Below, one piece after another: positions 9,191 through 18,385 of a DNA stretch of 64,000 bases (the first letter of the stretch is position 1; the number at the start of each line of letters is the position of its first letter). Made by a program: the position numbers and the translations under genes. Source of the DNA: Bacteroidia bacterium (lineage in GTDB: Bacteria > Bacteroidota > Bacteroidia > NS11-12g > UBA9320); the NCBI GenBank assembly GCA_965216465.1, contig CBDCFW010000005.1, positions 416,001 through 480,000 on the forward strand, in the 5' to 3' direction. The notes beneath the pieces were generated by a model. That model did not search any database, had not been told where the DNA came from, and worked only from the letters and a program-made list of their open reading frames with translations.

Positions 9191-9341
9191 ATTGATGCGT
9201 ACACGTGAATTATATAACCCCTAATTCACGGCATGTTGACTAACCCCCAACATAAACCCCCACATGTATTGTACGGACCAATGAATTAAAATAATTACCT
9301 CAAATGAAGTTAAATCCCGCTCTGGCGGGATTTTTCATTTT
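9191..9341 (+). ncRNA. Candidate structured sRNA with repeated (U/A)AACCCC motifs
   Basis: Stem CGTGAATTA/TAATTCACG with loop TATAACCCC; stem ATGTTG/CAACAT with loop ACTAACCCC; third AAACCCCC; closing stems CGTACA/TGTACG and ATTG/CAAT; terminator at the 3' end. Confidence 0.65.
9312..9341 (+). terminator. Rho-independent terminator
   Basis: AAATCCCGC-TCTG-GCGGGATTT followed by TTCATTTT; may also serve the convergent DUF2797 gene. Confidence 0.85.
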
Positions 9342-9350
9342 CAAGTGCTT

Positions 9351-10169
9351 CTAAATAGATATTGACACGCGATATCCGCTGTGACTTCTTATGTTTATGA
9401 CTCTTCCACCGTCAAAGATTAAGTATTGACCCTTAATTCCTTCCAATCTTCCTTCAATAATTTTTTCTTTATCCAGCTTCATGCTCTTAACCTTATCAGG
9501 AAATTCAATAACAGGATATTTTATAGATACAATCTCATTTGAGTCTGATGCATAGTGACTCAATTCATCAGGAATATGACTCAACATTTTGGCTTTAATA
9601 TTGGTAATGTCATCATCCGTTTCGACTAGACCTTTTAACATACGTTGCCAGGCCGTTTTATCCGAAATATGAGCCTTAAGAGCAACTTCTATTTCTCCGG
9701 CTAGCTGGCGATAAGGTACTTCTGAGAGCACAATTGCCTGTGTAGCTCCTTGGTCAATCCAGCGATGAGGAATATTAGAATCACGGGTAACTCCAACTTT
9801 AAAATTGCTGGTTAAGGATATATACACCACATGCGGTTGAAGATGATGACGAACTTCCCACTCATAATCTCTCAATGCAATGCCTTCATGAATTCTACTG
9901 AGCTCCGGCCTCATAATGCTCGGGCTAGCTTGTGGACTTTCCATAAACTCCTTATACGTCATTCCCTCACCAAAGGCCTTCTTAATTTTTTCACCAGACA
10001 AGATTGAGTTGATATATCCTTCATATTCCAATTTTAATTCTTGGCCTACTAAGGCATTCATCTCAATTTTTTCGTATGGATCAAGCACGTCTCTCAAGTG
10101 CAAAGTATACTGTGCTTCACCGTCGACGAGATCGGTATCCATCTTCCTTAGATTTCCTTCTAATTGCAT
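9351..10169 (-). CDS. DUF2797 domain-containing protein
   Basis: EGNLRKM start; HLQPHVVY, KVGVTR, RWIDQGATQA and GIKGQYLIF motifs; ATG at 10169 preferred over TTG 10187. Confidence 0.8.
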   Translation of the reverse strand: MQLEGNLRKMDTDLVDGEAQYTLHLRDVLDPYEKIEMNALVGQELKLEYEGYINSILSGEKIKKAFGEGMTYKEFMESPQASPSIMRPELSRIHEGIALRDYEWEVRHHLQPHVVYISLTSNFKVGVTRDSNIPHRWIDQGATQAIVLSEVPYRQLAGEIEVALKAHISDKTAWQRMLKGLVETDDDITNIKAKMLSHIPDELSHYASDSNEIVSIKYPVIEFPDKVKSMKLDKEKIIEGRLEGIKGQYLIFDGGRVINIRSHSGYRVSISI

Positions 10170-10233
10170 TGCAGGTACAATATTCAAACATCCATGGTAA
10201 ATAGCAAAAAGAATAGAGTATTACATTTGTTTA

Positions 10234-11970
10234 ATGCAGAAGATCTTAGTCTTAGTTTGTACATTACTCATTATTTCATGTAAACCTGATTCAAAATCAA
10301 GTGATTCGTTTACCACTGTTTTTGAAGCCTCAAATGAAATGGCTTCCGCTACTTATGAAGAAGGTATCTCATGGTGGATGAATTTTGCCGGTAAAAACGA
10401 CTACGCCGAAATTTCAACCTTTGGAATGACGGATGCTGGTAAACCCTTACGCTTGATAATTCTAAGCAAGCAAGAACGAAGCCTAAAAGAAGTTTATGAA
10501 TCATCGAAAGCAACCATTTTAATAAACAATGCAATTCATCCGGGTGAACCTGATGGGGTAGATGCATCAATGATGCTTTTTAGAGATATTTTGGCAGATC
10601 AAAGTCAACTTCTTGACTCTTGCAACTTAGTTTGTATTCCTTTTTACAATGTTGGCGGAAGTTTAAACCGAAACGCCCACAGCCGAGCAAATCAAAACGG
10701 ACCTATTCAATACGGTTTTAGAGGAAATGCCCAAAATTTAGATTTGAATCGAGACTTTGTTAAATGCGATTCACGCAACGCCGAGACCTTTGCCCAGCTG
10801 CTACAACAGCTTGATCCCGACTTCTACATCGAAACGCATGTGAGCAATGGTGCAGATTATCAATATAACATTTCCTATTTGTCTACTCAACCCAGTAAGC
10901 TAGGTTTTGCCATGGGACCCAATCTTGAAAATGAAATTATTCCAAGCTTAGAAAAGCTCATGATTGAAAAAGGAGAGCCCATGGTGCCTTATGTAAATGT
11001 TCATGGCGTTGCCCTCGATAGCAGCTACGAAACATTCTACGATTCTCCTCGATATAGTAGTGGACTTACAACTCTGCATCATATTTACGGTTTTATTACT
11101 GAAACACATATGCTAAAACCATTTAGTGATAGAGTTTGGGCCACTTACAGGTATTTGATGTCTTCTATCGAGTATTGCCATGCAAACAACTCTTCGATTC
11201 AAAAATCACGCAATGATCAACGCAATGCTGTTAAAGCAAGTGAAACTTTTACCCTTGATTGGGAAGTGGATTTCTCAAGCTCAAGATCGTTTGATTTTAA
11301 CGGCTATGCCTATGGATACAAACCGAGTGACATTTCCGGATTGCCTAGACTATACTACGACACCACTAAGCCAATCACCAAATCGATGCAATTCTACAAT
11401 CAAATGAAACCACGTATTCAACGAACAAAACCTAAATCATATATACTGAAAAGAGGATACGTTGATGTTGAAAATCGATTGCTTTGGAATGGTGTTACAA
11501 TGACCGAAATCGAACATGATACTTTGATAAATGTAGTAGCTTATAAGATTTCGAACTACGAAACCGGCAAAACCGCATATGAAAAACATTACAGCCACTA
11601 CAATACTCAGTTTACACGTGATACATTGCAATGGCTATTTCACCAAGGTGATTATGTAATCGAAATGGGGAAAGAACATGATCGGTTTGTTGTTGAAATG
11701 CTAGAACCTGATGGACCAGATAGCTATTTCAACTGGAATTTCTTTGATGCAATCTTGCAACAAAAAGAATGGTATAGTCCTTATGTGTTTGAAGACAAGG
11801 CCAGTCAGCTTTTAGAAGAAAATGCAGAATTGAAAGCCGAATTTAATGAACTCAAACGAACAAATCCAGACTTTGAAGCCAATGGAAGAGCTCAACTTCA
11901 CTGGCTCTATTTGCATTCTGAACACTACGAAAAGGAACATTTAACACTTCCATTCTTTCGGATTGAGTAA
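10234..11970 (+). CDS. M14-family zinc carboxypeptidase, lipoprotein
   Basis: Lipobox IISC; IHPGEPDG; GNAQNLDLNRDF; H-VSNGADYQY. Confidence 0.85.
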   Translation: MQKILVLVCTLLIISCKPDSKSSDSFTTVFEASNEMASATYEEGISWWMNFAGKNDYAEISTFGMTDAGKPLRLIILSKQERSLKEVYESSKATILINNAIHPGEPDGVDASMMLFRDILADQSQLLDSCNLVCIPFYNVGGSLNRNAHSRANQNGPIQYGFRGNAQNLDLNRDFVKCDSRNAETFAQLLQQLDPDFYIETHVSNGADYQYNISYLSTQPSKLGFAMGPNLENEIIPSLEKLMIEKGEPMVPYVNVHGVALDSSYETFYDSPRYSSGLTTLHHIYGFITETHMLKPFSDRVWATYRYLMSSIEYCHANNSSIQKSRNDQRNAVKASETFTLDWEVDFSSSRSFDFNGYAYGYKPSDISGLPRLYYDTTKPITKSMQFYNQMKPRIQRTKPKSYILKRGYVDVENRLLWNGVTMTEIEHDTLINVVAYKISNYETGKTAYEKHYSHYNTQFTRDTLQWLFHQGDYVIEMGKEHDRFVVEMLEPDGPDSYFNWNFFDAILQQKEWYSPYVFEDKASQLLEENAELKAEFNELKRTNPDFEANGRAQLHWLYLHSEHYEKEHLTLPFFRIE

Positions 11971-11984
11971 TCTCAGGCTCAAAC

Positions 11985-11998
11985 GTAACCTGTATCAC
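11985..11998. promoter_or_regulatory. Possible Crp/Fnr-family operator (GTAAC-N4-ATCAC)
   Basis: Imperfect palindrome 22 bp upstream of the TAACTTTG box (12021-12028) of the HMA/rhodanese pair. Confidence 0.35.
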
Positions 11999-12037
11999 AT
12001 AACATAAGAAACACTGCAATTAACTTTGCAATATCAA

Positions 12038-12313
12038 ATGGTTAGTGAAACTATTCAAATAGCAAATGTTAAGTGCAGTGGATGTGCTCACTCGATTACA
12101 ACAAAGGTTGAGAACATTTCGGGTGTTTCAAATGTGACTGTTGACATTGAAGAAGGTAACATTAGCCTTGATTATGAAACTCAAGACCAAAGAAATCTAG
12201 TAATTAAAAAGTTAGCTACAATGGGTTATCCCGAAGCTACCGAAGAAAATGGTCTTTTAATGCAAGCAAAAAGCTATGCCAATTGTATGATTGGCAAAAT
12301 CAGTAAAAATTAG
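12038..12313 (+). CDS. Heavy-metal-associated (CopZ-like) domain protein
   Basis: NVKCSGC metal-binding motif; the ORF-track TTG at 12026 lies inside the -7 box, so ATG 12038 is used. Confidence 0.85.
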   Translation: MVSETIQIANVKCSGCAHSITTKVENISGVSNVTVDIEEGNISLDYETQDQRNLVIKKLATMGYPEATEENGLLMQAKSYANCMIGKISKN

Positions 12314-12322
12314 ATTTATATA

Positions 12323-12604
12323 ATGACGTTACAAGAATTAATTAGCCAAGGAGCTAAGATTGTAGATGTAAGAACTACAGGAGAATTTATGGGTGGAAAC
12401 ATCGCTGGATCAGTAAATATTCCGCTTAATGAAGTTCCCGAGCGCGTAAATGAGTTTAAGGAAATGGGAGGACCCATAATTTTATGTTGCCTTAGTGGTG
12501 GCAGAAGCGGTCAAGCTACAGGTTACCTTCAAAGCCAAGGTGTAGAATGCTATAACGGCGGTGGCTGGATGGAGTTAAACTTCGCCGTAAGTCAGAACAG
12601 CTAG
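12323..12604 (+). CDS. Rhodanese-like domain protein
   Basis: IVDVRT..EF..G.I.GSVNIPL; active-site loop CCLSGGRS; NGGGW. Confidence 0.9.
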   Translation: MTLQELISQGAKIVDVRTTGEFMGGNIAGSVNIPLNEVPERVNEFKEMGGPIILCCLSGGRSGQATGYLQSQGVECYNGGGWMELNFAVSQNS

Positions 12605-12625
12605 TTACTAAAATAAATAGAGATT

Positions 12626-12653
12626 AAAGCTCTCCTACTGGTGGGCTTTTTTT
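12626..12653 (+). terminator. Rho-independent terminator
   Basis: AAAGCTC...GGGCTTT hairpin plus T-run between convergent genes. Confidence 0.6.
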
Positions 12654-13158
12654 ATTTCTTGGGTGAAAGATTCTTTGCTATTCCACTTAAGATTAAGATG
12701 AAACCTAACGTAGACAAGCCTACAATCAGTAAGACATCCGCATAGGGCCAATGCATTATTTTAAACAACACTCCAACTACAAACATCCCAAGACAAACCC
12801 ACTTTATTGGTCTCAATAATTTAGGTTCTTTAATTTCGGACAAATAGTTCTTGGTGAATAAATGAAAGGCTATATAGGCTACTAATAGTGCTATTGAAAA
12901 TCCCACCTTGCCTATTGATTCAAGTGCATTGATTTGTGCCAGTACCAAACCTACAATCAGAAAGAGAAAAGGATAAACTATGCGCTCATCTTTGTCTTTT
13001 ACCAAGAGTGAGTACGCTAAATACGAAGCTACGTGCAACCAGAATCCACCGAACATCAGTTCTCTCCCATTGGTCCAATGCATCAAATTAAAAAGATATC
13101 CAAATACGGTTATGGCTAGCGAGGAATATATCGTTGTTATTAAGAATTTCTTCATCAA
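12652..13158 (-). CDS. Membrane protein with two GldL-N-terminal-like motifs
   Basis: GYLFNLMHWTNG and GVLFKIMHWPYA; about six hydrophobic helices. Confidence 0.6.
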   Translation of the reverse strand: MMKKFLITTIYSSLAITVFGYLFNLMHWTNGRELMFGGFWLHVASYLAYSLLVKDKDERIVYPFLFLIVGLVLAQINALESIGKVGFSIALLVAYIAFHLFTKNYLSEIKEPKLLRPIKWVCLGMFVVGVLFKIMHWPYADVLLIVGLSTLGFILILSGIAKNLSPKK

Positions 13159-14147
13159 TTCAAGGCTAAAGTTAAGTTCTTAGATTCTGCCTTCGCATTT
13201 TTCATTTCATAAATAACACGGTACACAAACTCAAGAATTGGCATGTGCACACCATATTGATCATTCAGTTTATGTATTGTCTCTGTTGCATAATATCCTT
13301 CAGCAACCATCTCCATCTCCATTAAGGCAGAACGAATTGAGTATCCCTTGCCTAACATCGCTCCCAGGGTTCTATTCCTACTGTACTGAGAATACGCAGT
13401 TACCAAAAGGTCTCCTAGGTAAGCAGAGTCGTCGGCATCTCGATCAATAGGATGCACTGCTGCAATAAATCGCTTTATTTCTCGAATGGCATTACTTACT
13501 AAAACCGCCTGAAAGTTGTCTCCATACCCCAGGCTATGGCACATTCCAGAAGCAATAGCATATACATTTTTAAGCACCGCAGCTATTTCTGTTCCATAGA
13601 TGTCAGCACTTGGAGTTACTTTGATGTATTCGCAACTAAACATCTCTACCATGCGGGAACAGAAGTTTGTATTTGTTGATGCAAATGTGAGGTATGATAA
13701 TTTTTCTTGTGCAACTTCTTCGGCATGACAAGGTCCTGTGATAACACCGAAATCGTCTTCTTCAACTCCTTTAACTTGAAATAGATACTCCCCTAAAATC
13801 TTAAGTGTCGTAGGCTCAACACCTTTAATGGCTGAAATAATTTTCTTTCCTCTAAGTAATTCATTGTCTATAGGAGACAACAAATCTGAAACAAACGCAG
13901 AAGGAGTAACCAAAAGAATTGTTTCATTTTGCTTAATCATCTCCTCGGCATTTACGTTTGCATTTAACCGATTTGCATCCATTTTAGCTGATCGAAGATA
14001 CTTCGGGTTTGAGCCGTGATCATTGATATAGTCAGCCATCTCTTGGCTTCGTACCCACCAATCGATTTCTAAGTCTGAATTCTCAAGCAAGATCTTCACC
14101 AAAGCCGTACCCCAGCTTCCACTGCCCATCACAAGGATCTTATTCAT
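13155..14147 (-). CDS. gpsA: NAD(P)H-dependent glycerol-3-phosphate dehydrogenase
   Basis: GSGSWGTAL, GPCHAEEV, LKNVYAIA, GDLLVT..S..SRN and VAEG motifs. Confidence 0.95.
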   Translation of the reverse strand: MNKILVMGSGSWGTALVKILLENSDLEIDWWVRSQEMADYINDHGSNPKYLRSAKMDANRLNANVNAEEMIKQNETILLVTPSAFVSDLLSPIDNELLRGKKIISAIKGVEPTTLKILGEYLFQVKGVEEDDFGVITGPCHAEEVAQEKLSYLTFASTNTNFCSRMVEMFSCEYIKVTPSADIYGTEIAAVLKNVYAIASGMCHSLGYGDNFQAVLVSNAIREIKRFIAAVHPIDRDADDSAYLGDLLVTAYSQYSRNRTLGAMLGKGYSIRSALMEMEMVAEGYYATETIHKLNDQYGVHMPILEFVYRVIYEMKNAKAESKNLTLALN

Positions 14148-14178
14148 GGTTGTAAATGTATGAATTATATTGGATTGC

Positions 14179-16038
14179 TTATTCTACAATGATTTTTTCA
14201 CTGTAAATGTTCTCATCCTTTTCATTGAAGATTGAAAGGATGTAAAGCCCAGAACTTATTCCGTCGGCGTTAACCAAAAACTTCATTGGTCCTGCATTAA
14301 CTTCCAGATTATCCATTTCCTTTACTACGCTTCCTGCTAAATCTGAAATTTGTATTGTTACAACATCGTCATTTGGAAAAACTGCTCCAACTCGGAACAT
14401 TTCTGTAACTGGATTTGGATAGGTAACGAAGTCTTCAATGACAAAAAGGTCATTTTTGGCCTTCAATTTCGCAACCCATACATTATTGTAATTACGATCA
14501 TCTCCATAGCTGCCACAAACCCAAACTACACCCGGCTCGTTGTACTTTCTTTGCACATCAGTGTAATCTCCCCAACGTTCTATATCATTGTCTAGCCACG
14601 AATCAATAAGTCCAGTTCCTTCCTTAACTACAATCGGTTTAGAATAAAGACCTTCTTTGCCTGATGCTCTGTTTTGATAGATTGCAGAAGTTCCTGGAAA
14701 AGCAGTTTCACCAACGTGAGAGAAGGTTATCATCATCGAATGCTCATCATCACCGTCTATACCAGCAAATGCTATAGACGGATATGCATAATCAAGTGTA
14801 TCTGAAGATATAATTTCAGCATCAACGCTCGGATTCCCAGCAACATCAGATATCACTCCGTGAAATACTCCTGAGCTTAATTGTTCAGGCACCAAGGTCG
14901 ATTGAACATAGTGTATAGTGTTTCGGTGATACACTCCTGATAACACTCTGGTATCATTTGTTTGCAGTTTGTATCCAACCTCAGGTTGAAAAGCACTTGG
15001 TGGTACACCGTATTGTTTATTTGCTTTAAGAACAGATAACTCATGTTCAGCTTGACCAGATTTTGACGTATTGGTAATTTCATGCAAAAACAAGGTATCA
15101 TTGGCCATTGCATCTGGTCGCACAGAAAGAAAATACATGTTATCTTGATCAAAGTCTAAGGCTGGTTGAACCGGGCAAATACTCCATACGGGCTTGCCAC
15201 CATACTCAATATCATAAAATAAGTTTTGGGTTAACTCATCGCCATTGTACCCATCCTCTTTATTGATTTGCCAAATAAAACTCTGAACAAAACCTTCCTG
15301 CCAAGACTCATTGTCGCGAAGCAAGTTAACCGTTATATACAGGTCTTCTTGATTATGGGCTATAATCGGATAATCACTCCAGGTCTCTCCTCCGAGTGGC
15401 TTGCCGTCAATTGCATAAAAATTCCAGTTTCCTGTGGGGTCTGAAGTCTGCGAGAATCCTGTAACGATTCTGGTATCATTGCTGTTACTACCCTCAAGGA
15501 AAACCAAAATAAATCGATCATTGATTGGATCGTAAGTAACTTTTGGGTCGTAATAACGATCTAATAGACCCAGTTGCCCGCGTACAAATGCACCTAGTGT
15601 TCTGAACAATAGCAATTCGCCATCGCTGTCTAAAATGGTTATTGTCGTATTAATCGCGCTAATGATTATTCCATCATTGCTAATTGCCATGGTGTTGTCG
15701 TTTGGAATACCACTGCCACCAATCGGACGAGCGTTGAAACTATCTAACAATTCTGGATATACATCACTTTGTTCTGAGATGTACGATGTTTTGGCCTTGA
15801 ACTGAGCTTTACGTTTTCTTTTCGCATCCAGTTGTTTCTTAACCTCATGCGAACGCATTACGGGTTCTGGTGCAAGTTCTTCACCTTTTAATCGAACAAG
15901 ATCTAGGTCAACACTTTGTTCAGATAAGTTGACTGTCCATTGTTTATAGGTTTTAACGTTGGACATTTTTTTATAATCAACCTGACCAAATGTAAAGGTT
16001 GTAAAAGCAAGTATAGATAGCGTTAACAGTACTTTCAT
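14179..16038 (-). CDS. T9SS type A sorting domain-containing secreted protein
   Basis: Signal peptide; RWGDY motif; C-terminal YPNP...ISDLAG...SSGLYIL...KIIVE. Confidence 0.8.
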   Translation of the reverse strand: MKVLLTLSILAFTTFTFGQVDYKKMSNVKTYKQWTVNLSEQSVDLDLVRLKGEELAPEPVMRSHEVKKQLDAKRKRKAQFKAKTSYISEQSDVYPELLDSFNARPIGGSGIPNDNTMAISNDGIIISAINTTITILDSDGELLLFRTLGAFVRGQLGLLDRYYDPKVTYDPINDRFILVFLEGSNSNDTRIVTGFSQTSDPTGNWNFYAIDGKPLGGETWSDYPIIAHNQEDLYITVNLLRDNESWQEGFVQSFIWQINKEDGYNGDELTQNLFYDIEYGGKPVWSICPVQPALDFDQDNMYFLSVRPDAMANDTLFLHEITNTSKSGQAEHELSVLKANKQYGVPPSAFQPEVGYKLQTNDTRVLSGVYHRNTIHYVQSTLVPEQLSSGVFHGVISDVAGNPSVDAEIISSDTLDYAYPSIAFAGIDGDDEHSMMITFSHVGETAFPGTSAIYQNRASGKEGLYSKPIVVKEGTGLIDSWLDNDIERWGDYTDVQRKYNEPGVVWVCGSYGDDRNYNNVWVAKLKAKNDLFVIEDFVTYPNPVTEMFRVGAVFPNDDVVTIQISDLAGSVVKEMDNLEVNAGPMKFLVNADGISSGLYILSIFNEKDENIYSEKIIVE

Positions 16039-16092
16039 AAAGCATTCAAATATACGACCTATTTTAAAACCAAGCTGTCATTTTTCAATCAG

Positions 16093-16911
16093 CTAACTCT
16101 TATGCTGATTGTACAATTCTATAGCTTTTGGCATGAGTTCATTCAAACGCTCTTGACGCTTAGATGGATCAGGATGAGTACTTAAAAACTCAGGTGGACG
16201 TGTGCCTCCAATTTCGTTCATTCGACTCCAAAATTTTGGTGCTTCTTCAGGGTTGTATCCAGCCATTGCCATGAACATTAAGCCCATTTCATCAGATTCA
16301 CTTTCATGCTTACGGCTAAAAGGAAGCAAGACTCCTACTTGAGAACCAACACCATACGCCAACTGAACTGCTTGTCGTGTCGCCTCAGGCTTCTCAACCA
16401 TAGCTACATCTAACGCCACTCCTAGTCCTTGCAAGGCTAATCCCTGACTAACCCGCTCATTTCCATGCTGAGCAATAGCATGAGCAATTTCGTGGCCCAT
16501 TACAACTGCAACTCCTTCTTCGCCTTCACAAATTGGCATAATTCCGGTGTAAAATGCTACTTTACCCCCACTCATACACCATGCATTTACAGTGTTATCA
16601 TCTATCAAGTTAAACTCCCATTTAAAATCTTGTATTCTGCTTTCGTACTTGGTACCTTTCAGATACTCCTCAACGGCACCAGCAATTCTGTTACCTACCC
16701 GTTTTACCATTTCTGCATCAGGAGTATTATATACCACATTCGCAGTATCAAGTACCTGACGGTAACTGGTTAAACTCATTTCCATTAGGGTTGATTCGGG
16801 CAACAACTTAAATTGTCTTCTACCTGTAATTGGAATTTGAGAACACGACCAAATAAATAAGGTCAGTAATAAAAATGCGACTAGCGACGGTTTGTTCTTT
16901 CTGATGCTCAT
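16093..16911 (-). CDS. M48-family zinc metallopeptidase, lipoprotein
   Basis: Lipobox WSC; NAWCM.GG; HEIAH; FSRKHESE; FLSTHP. Confidence 0.92.
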   Translation of the reverse strand: MSIRKNKPSLVAFLLLTLFIWSCSQIPITGRRQFKLLPESTLMEMSLTSYRQVLDTANVVYNTPDAEMVKRVGNRIAGAVEEYLKGTKYESRIQDFKWEFNLIDDNTVNAWCMSGGKVAFYTGIMPICEGEEGVAVVMGHEIAHAIAQHGNERVSQGLALQGLGVALDVAMVEKPEATRQAVQLAYGVGSQVGVLLPFSRKHESESDEMGLMFMAMAGYNPEEAPKFWSRMNEIGGTRPPEFLSTHPDPSKRQERLNELMPKAIELYNQHKS

Positions 16912-17001
16912 AATAGATTAATAATTAGTTTCACAAATTAATACAAATAGCATACTAAAAACAGTTTAGCATCGTGAAATTATTCCTAATTTCGCTGCAA
17001 T

Positions 17002-18363
17002 ATGACACGAGAAGAATATATCGAACAAAATAAAGATCGATTTTTAGATGAATTATTTGATTTGCTGCGTATACCTAGCATTAGTGCCGACTCAGCATAC
17101 AAAGACGATGTTAGAAAATGTGCTGAATACACCGCTCAAAAATTAATTGATGCTGGAGCCGATAATGTAGTGCTAGAAGAAACAGCTGGCAACCCGATTG
17201 TATATGGCGAAAAAATGGTAGACCCTTCAAAACCGACCATTTTAGTATACGGACATTACGACGTTCAGCCATCAGTACCTGACGATTTATGGAACACTCC
17301 TCCATTTGAACCAACAGTAAAAGACGGGAATATTTACGCCCGGGGAGCTTGCGATGATAAAGGTCAATTTTATATGCACGCCAAAGCATTCGAGACCATG
17401 ATGCAAACAGGAACGCTTCATTGCAATGTTAAGTTTATGATTGAAGGCGAAGAAGAAGTAGGATCGACAAATCTCGGGACTTATGTTAGAGAGAATGCTG
17501 AAAAACTAAAGGCTGATGTTGTTCTAATTTCAGACACCGGCATGATTGCTAACGACGTTCCTTCTATTGATACAGGACTTAGAGGCTTGAGCTATGTTCA
17601 AGTAGAAGTTACGGGTCCTAATATTGACTTACACAGTGGTACCTATGGAGGTGCAGTTGCAAATCCAATCAATGTTTTATGCGATATGATTTCGAGTTTG
17701 CATGATGAAAATAGACATATTACAATTCCTGGTTTTTATGATCAGGTAGAAGTTGTAAGTGCCGAAGATCGAGCAGCAATGGCCGAAACACCATTCGATT
17801 TAGAAGCCTACAAACAAGAGCTCGATGTTGATGACGTAATGGGAGAAGCTGGATATTCTACAATTGAAAGAACCGGAATCCGTCCTACTTTGGATGTTAA
17901 CGGAATCTGGGGTGGCTATATCGGCGAAGGAGCAAAAACAGTTTTGCCGAGCAAGGCCTATGCAAAAATTTCAATGCGTTTAGTTCCCAACCAGAAATCA
18001 GCTGATATTTCGAAAATGTTTAAAGAGCATTTCGAAAGTATTGCACCAAAATCTGTAAAAGTTGAGGTAACGTTACACCATGGAGGTGAAGCGGCTGTAA
18101 CTCCTACAGACAGCAGAGCTTTTAGAGCTGCAAGTAAAGCAATGGAAAAAACCTTTGGTAAAAAGCCAATCCCAACTCGAGGCGGAGGAAGTATTCCAAT
18201 TGTTGCTTTGTTCGAAGAAGCACTAGGTTTAAAAACAGTACTTTTTGGATTCGGATTAGACAGTGATGCCATCCATTCTCCAAACGAAAAATACGGATTA
18301 TTTAATTTCTATAAAGGAATTGAAACCATCCCATATTTCTACGAATATTACGCAGATATGTAA
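17002..18363 (+). CDS. M20-family dipeptidase
   Basis: YGHYDVQP, ARGACDDKGQ, EGEEEVGS, GGSIP and HSPNE motifs. Confidence 0.92.
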   Translation: MTREEYIEQNKDRFLDELFDLLRIPSISADSAYKDDVRKCAEYTAQKLIDAGADNVVLEETAGNPIVYGEKMVDPSKPTILVYGHYDVQPSVPDDLWNTPPFEPTVKDGNIYARGACDDKGQFYMHAKAFETMMQTGTLHCNVKFMIEGEEEVGSTNLGTYVRENAEKLKADVVLISDTGMIANDVPSIDTGLRGLSYVQVEVTGPNIDLHSGTYGGAVANPINVLCDMISSLHDENRHITIPGFYDQVEVVSAEDRAAMAETPFDLEAYKQELDVDDVMGEAGYSTIERTGIRPTLDVNGIWGGYIGEGAKTVLPSKAYAKISMRLVPNQKSADISKMFKEHFESIAPKSVKVEVTLHHGGEAAVTPTDSRAFRAASKAMEKTFGKKPIPTRGGGSIPIVALFEEALGLKTVLFGFGLDSDAIHSPNEKYGLFNFYKGIETIPYFYEYYADM

Positions 18364-18385
18364 GTATTAATGAACTTAATTGAAG

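Noticed and set aside
9204-9261. AACCCC repeats as a CRISPR array or tandem repeat
   Set aside because: Only 6-7 nt are shared, spacing is irregular, and there are no cas genes
9195-9289. Mini-ORFs MRTRELYNP and MLTNPQHKPPHVLYGPMN as an AgrD-like signalling peptide
   Set aside because: No leader, no Cys, and no AgrB-like or peptide-export gene nearby; the perfect stems with matching loops are better explained as RNA structure. Kept only as an alternative reading.
16961-16969. ACAGTTTAG as another LytTR box upstream of the dipeptidase gene
   Set aside because: Single half-site with no partner at 21-bp spacing
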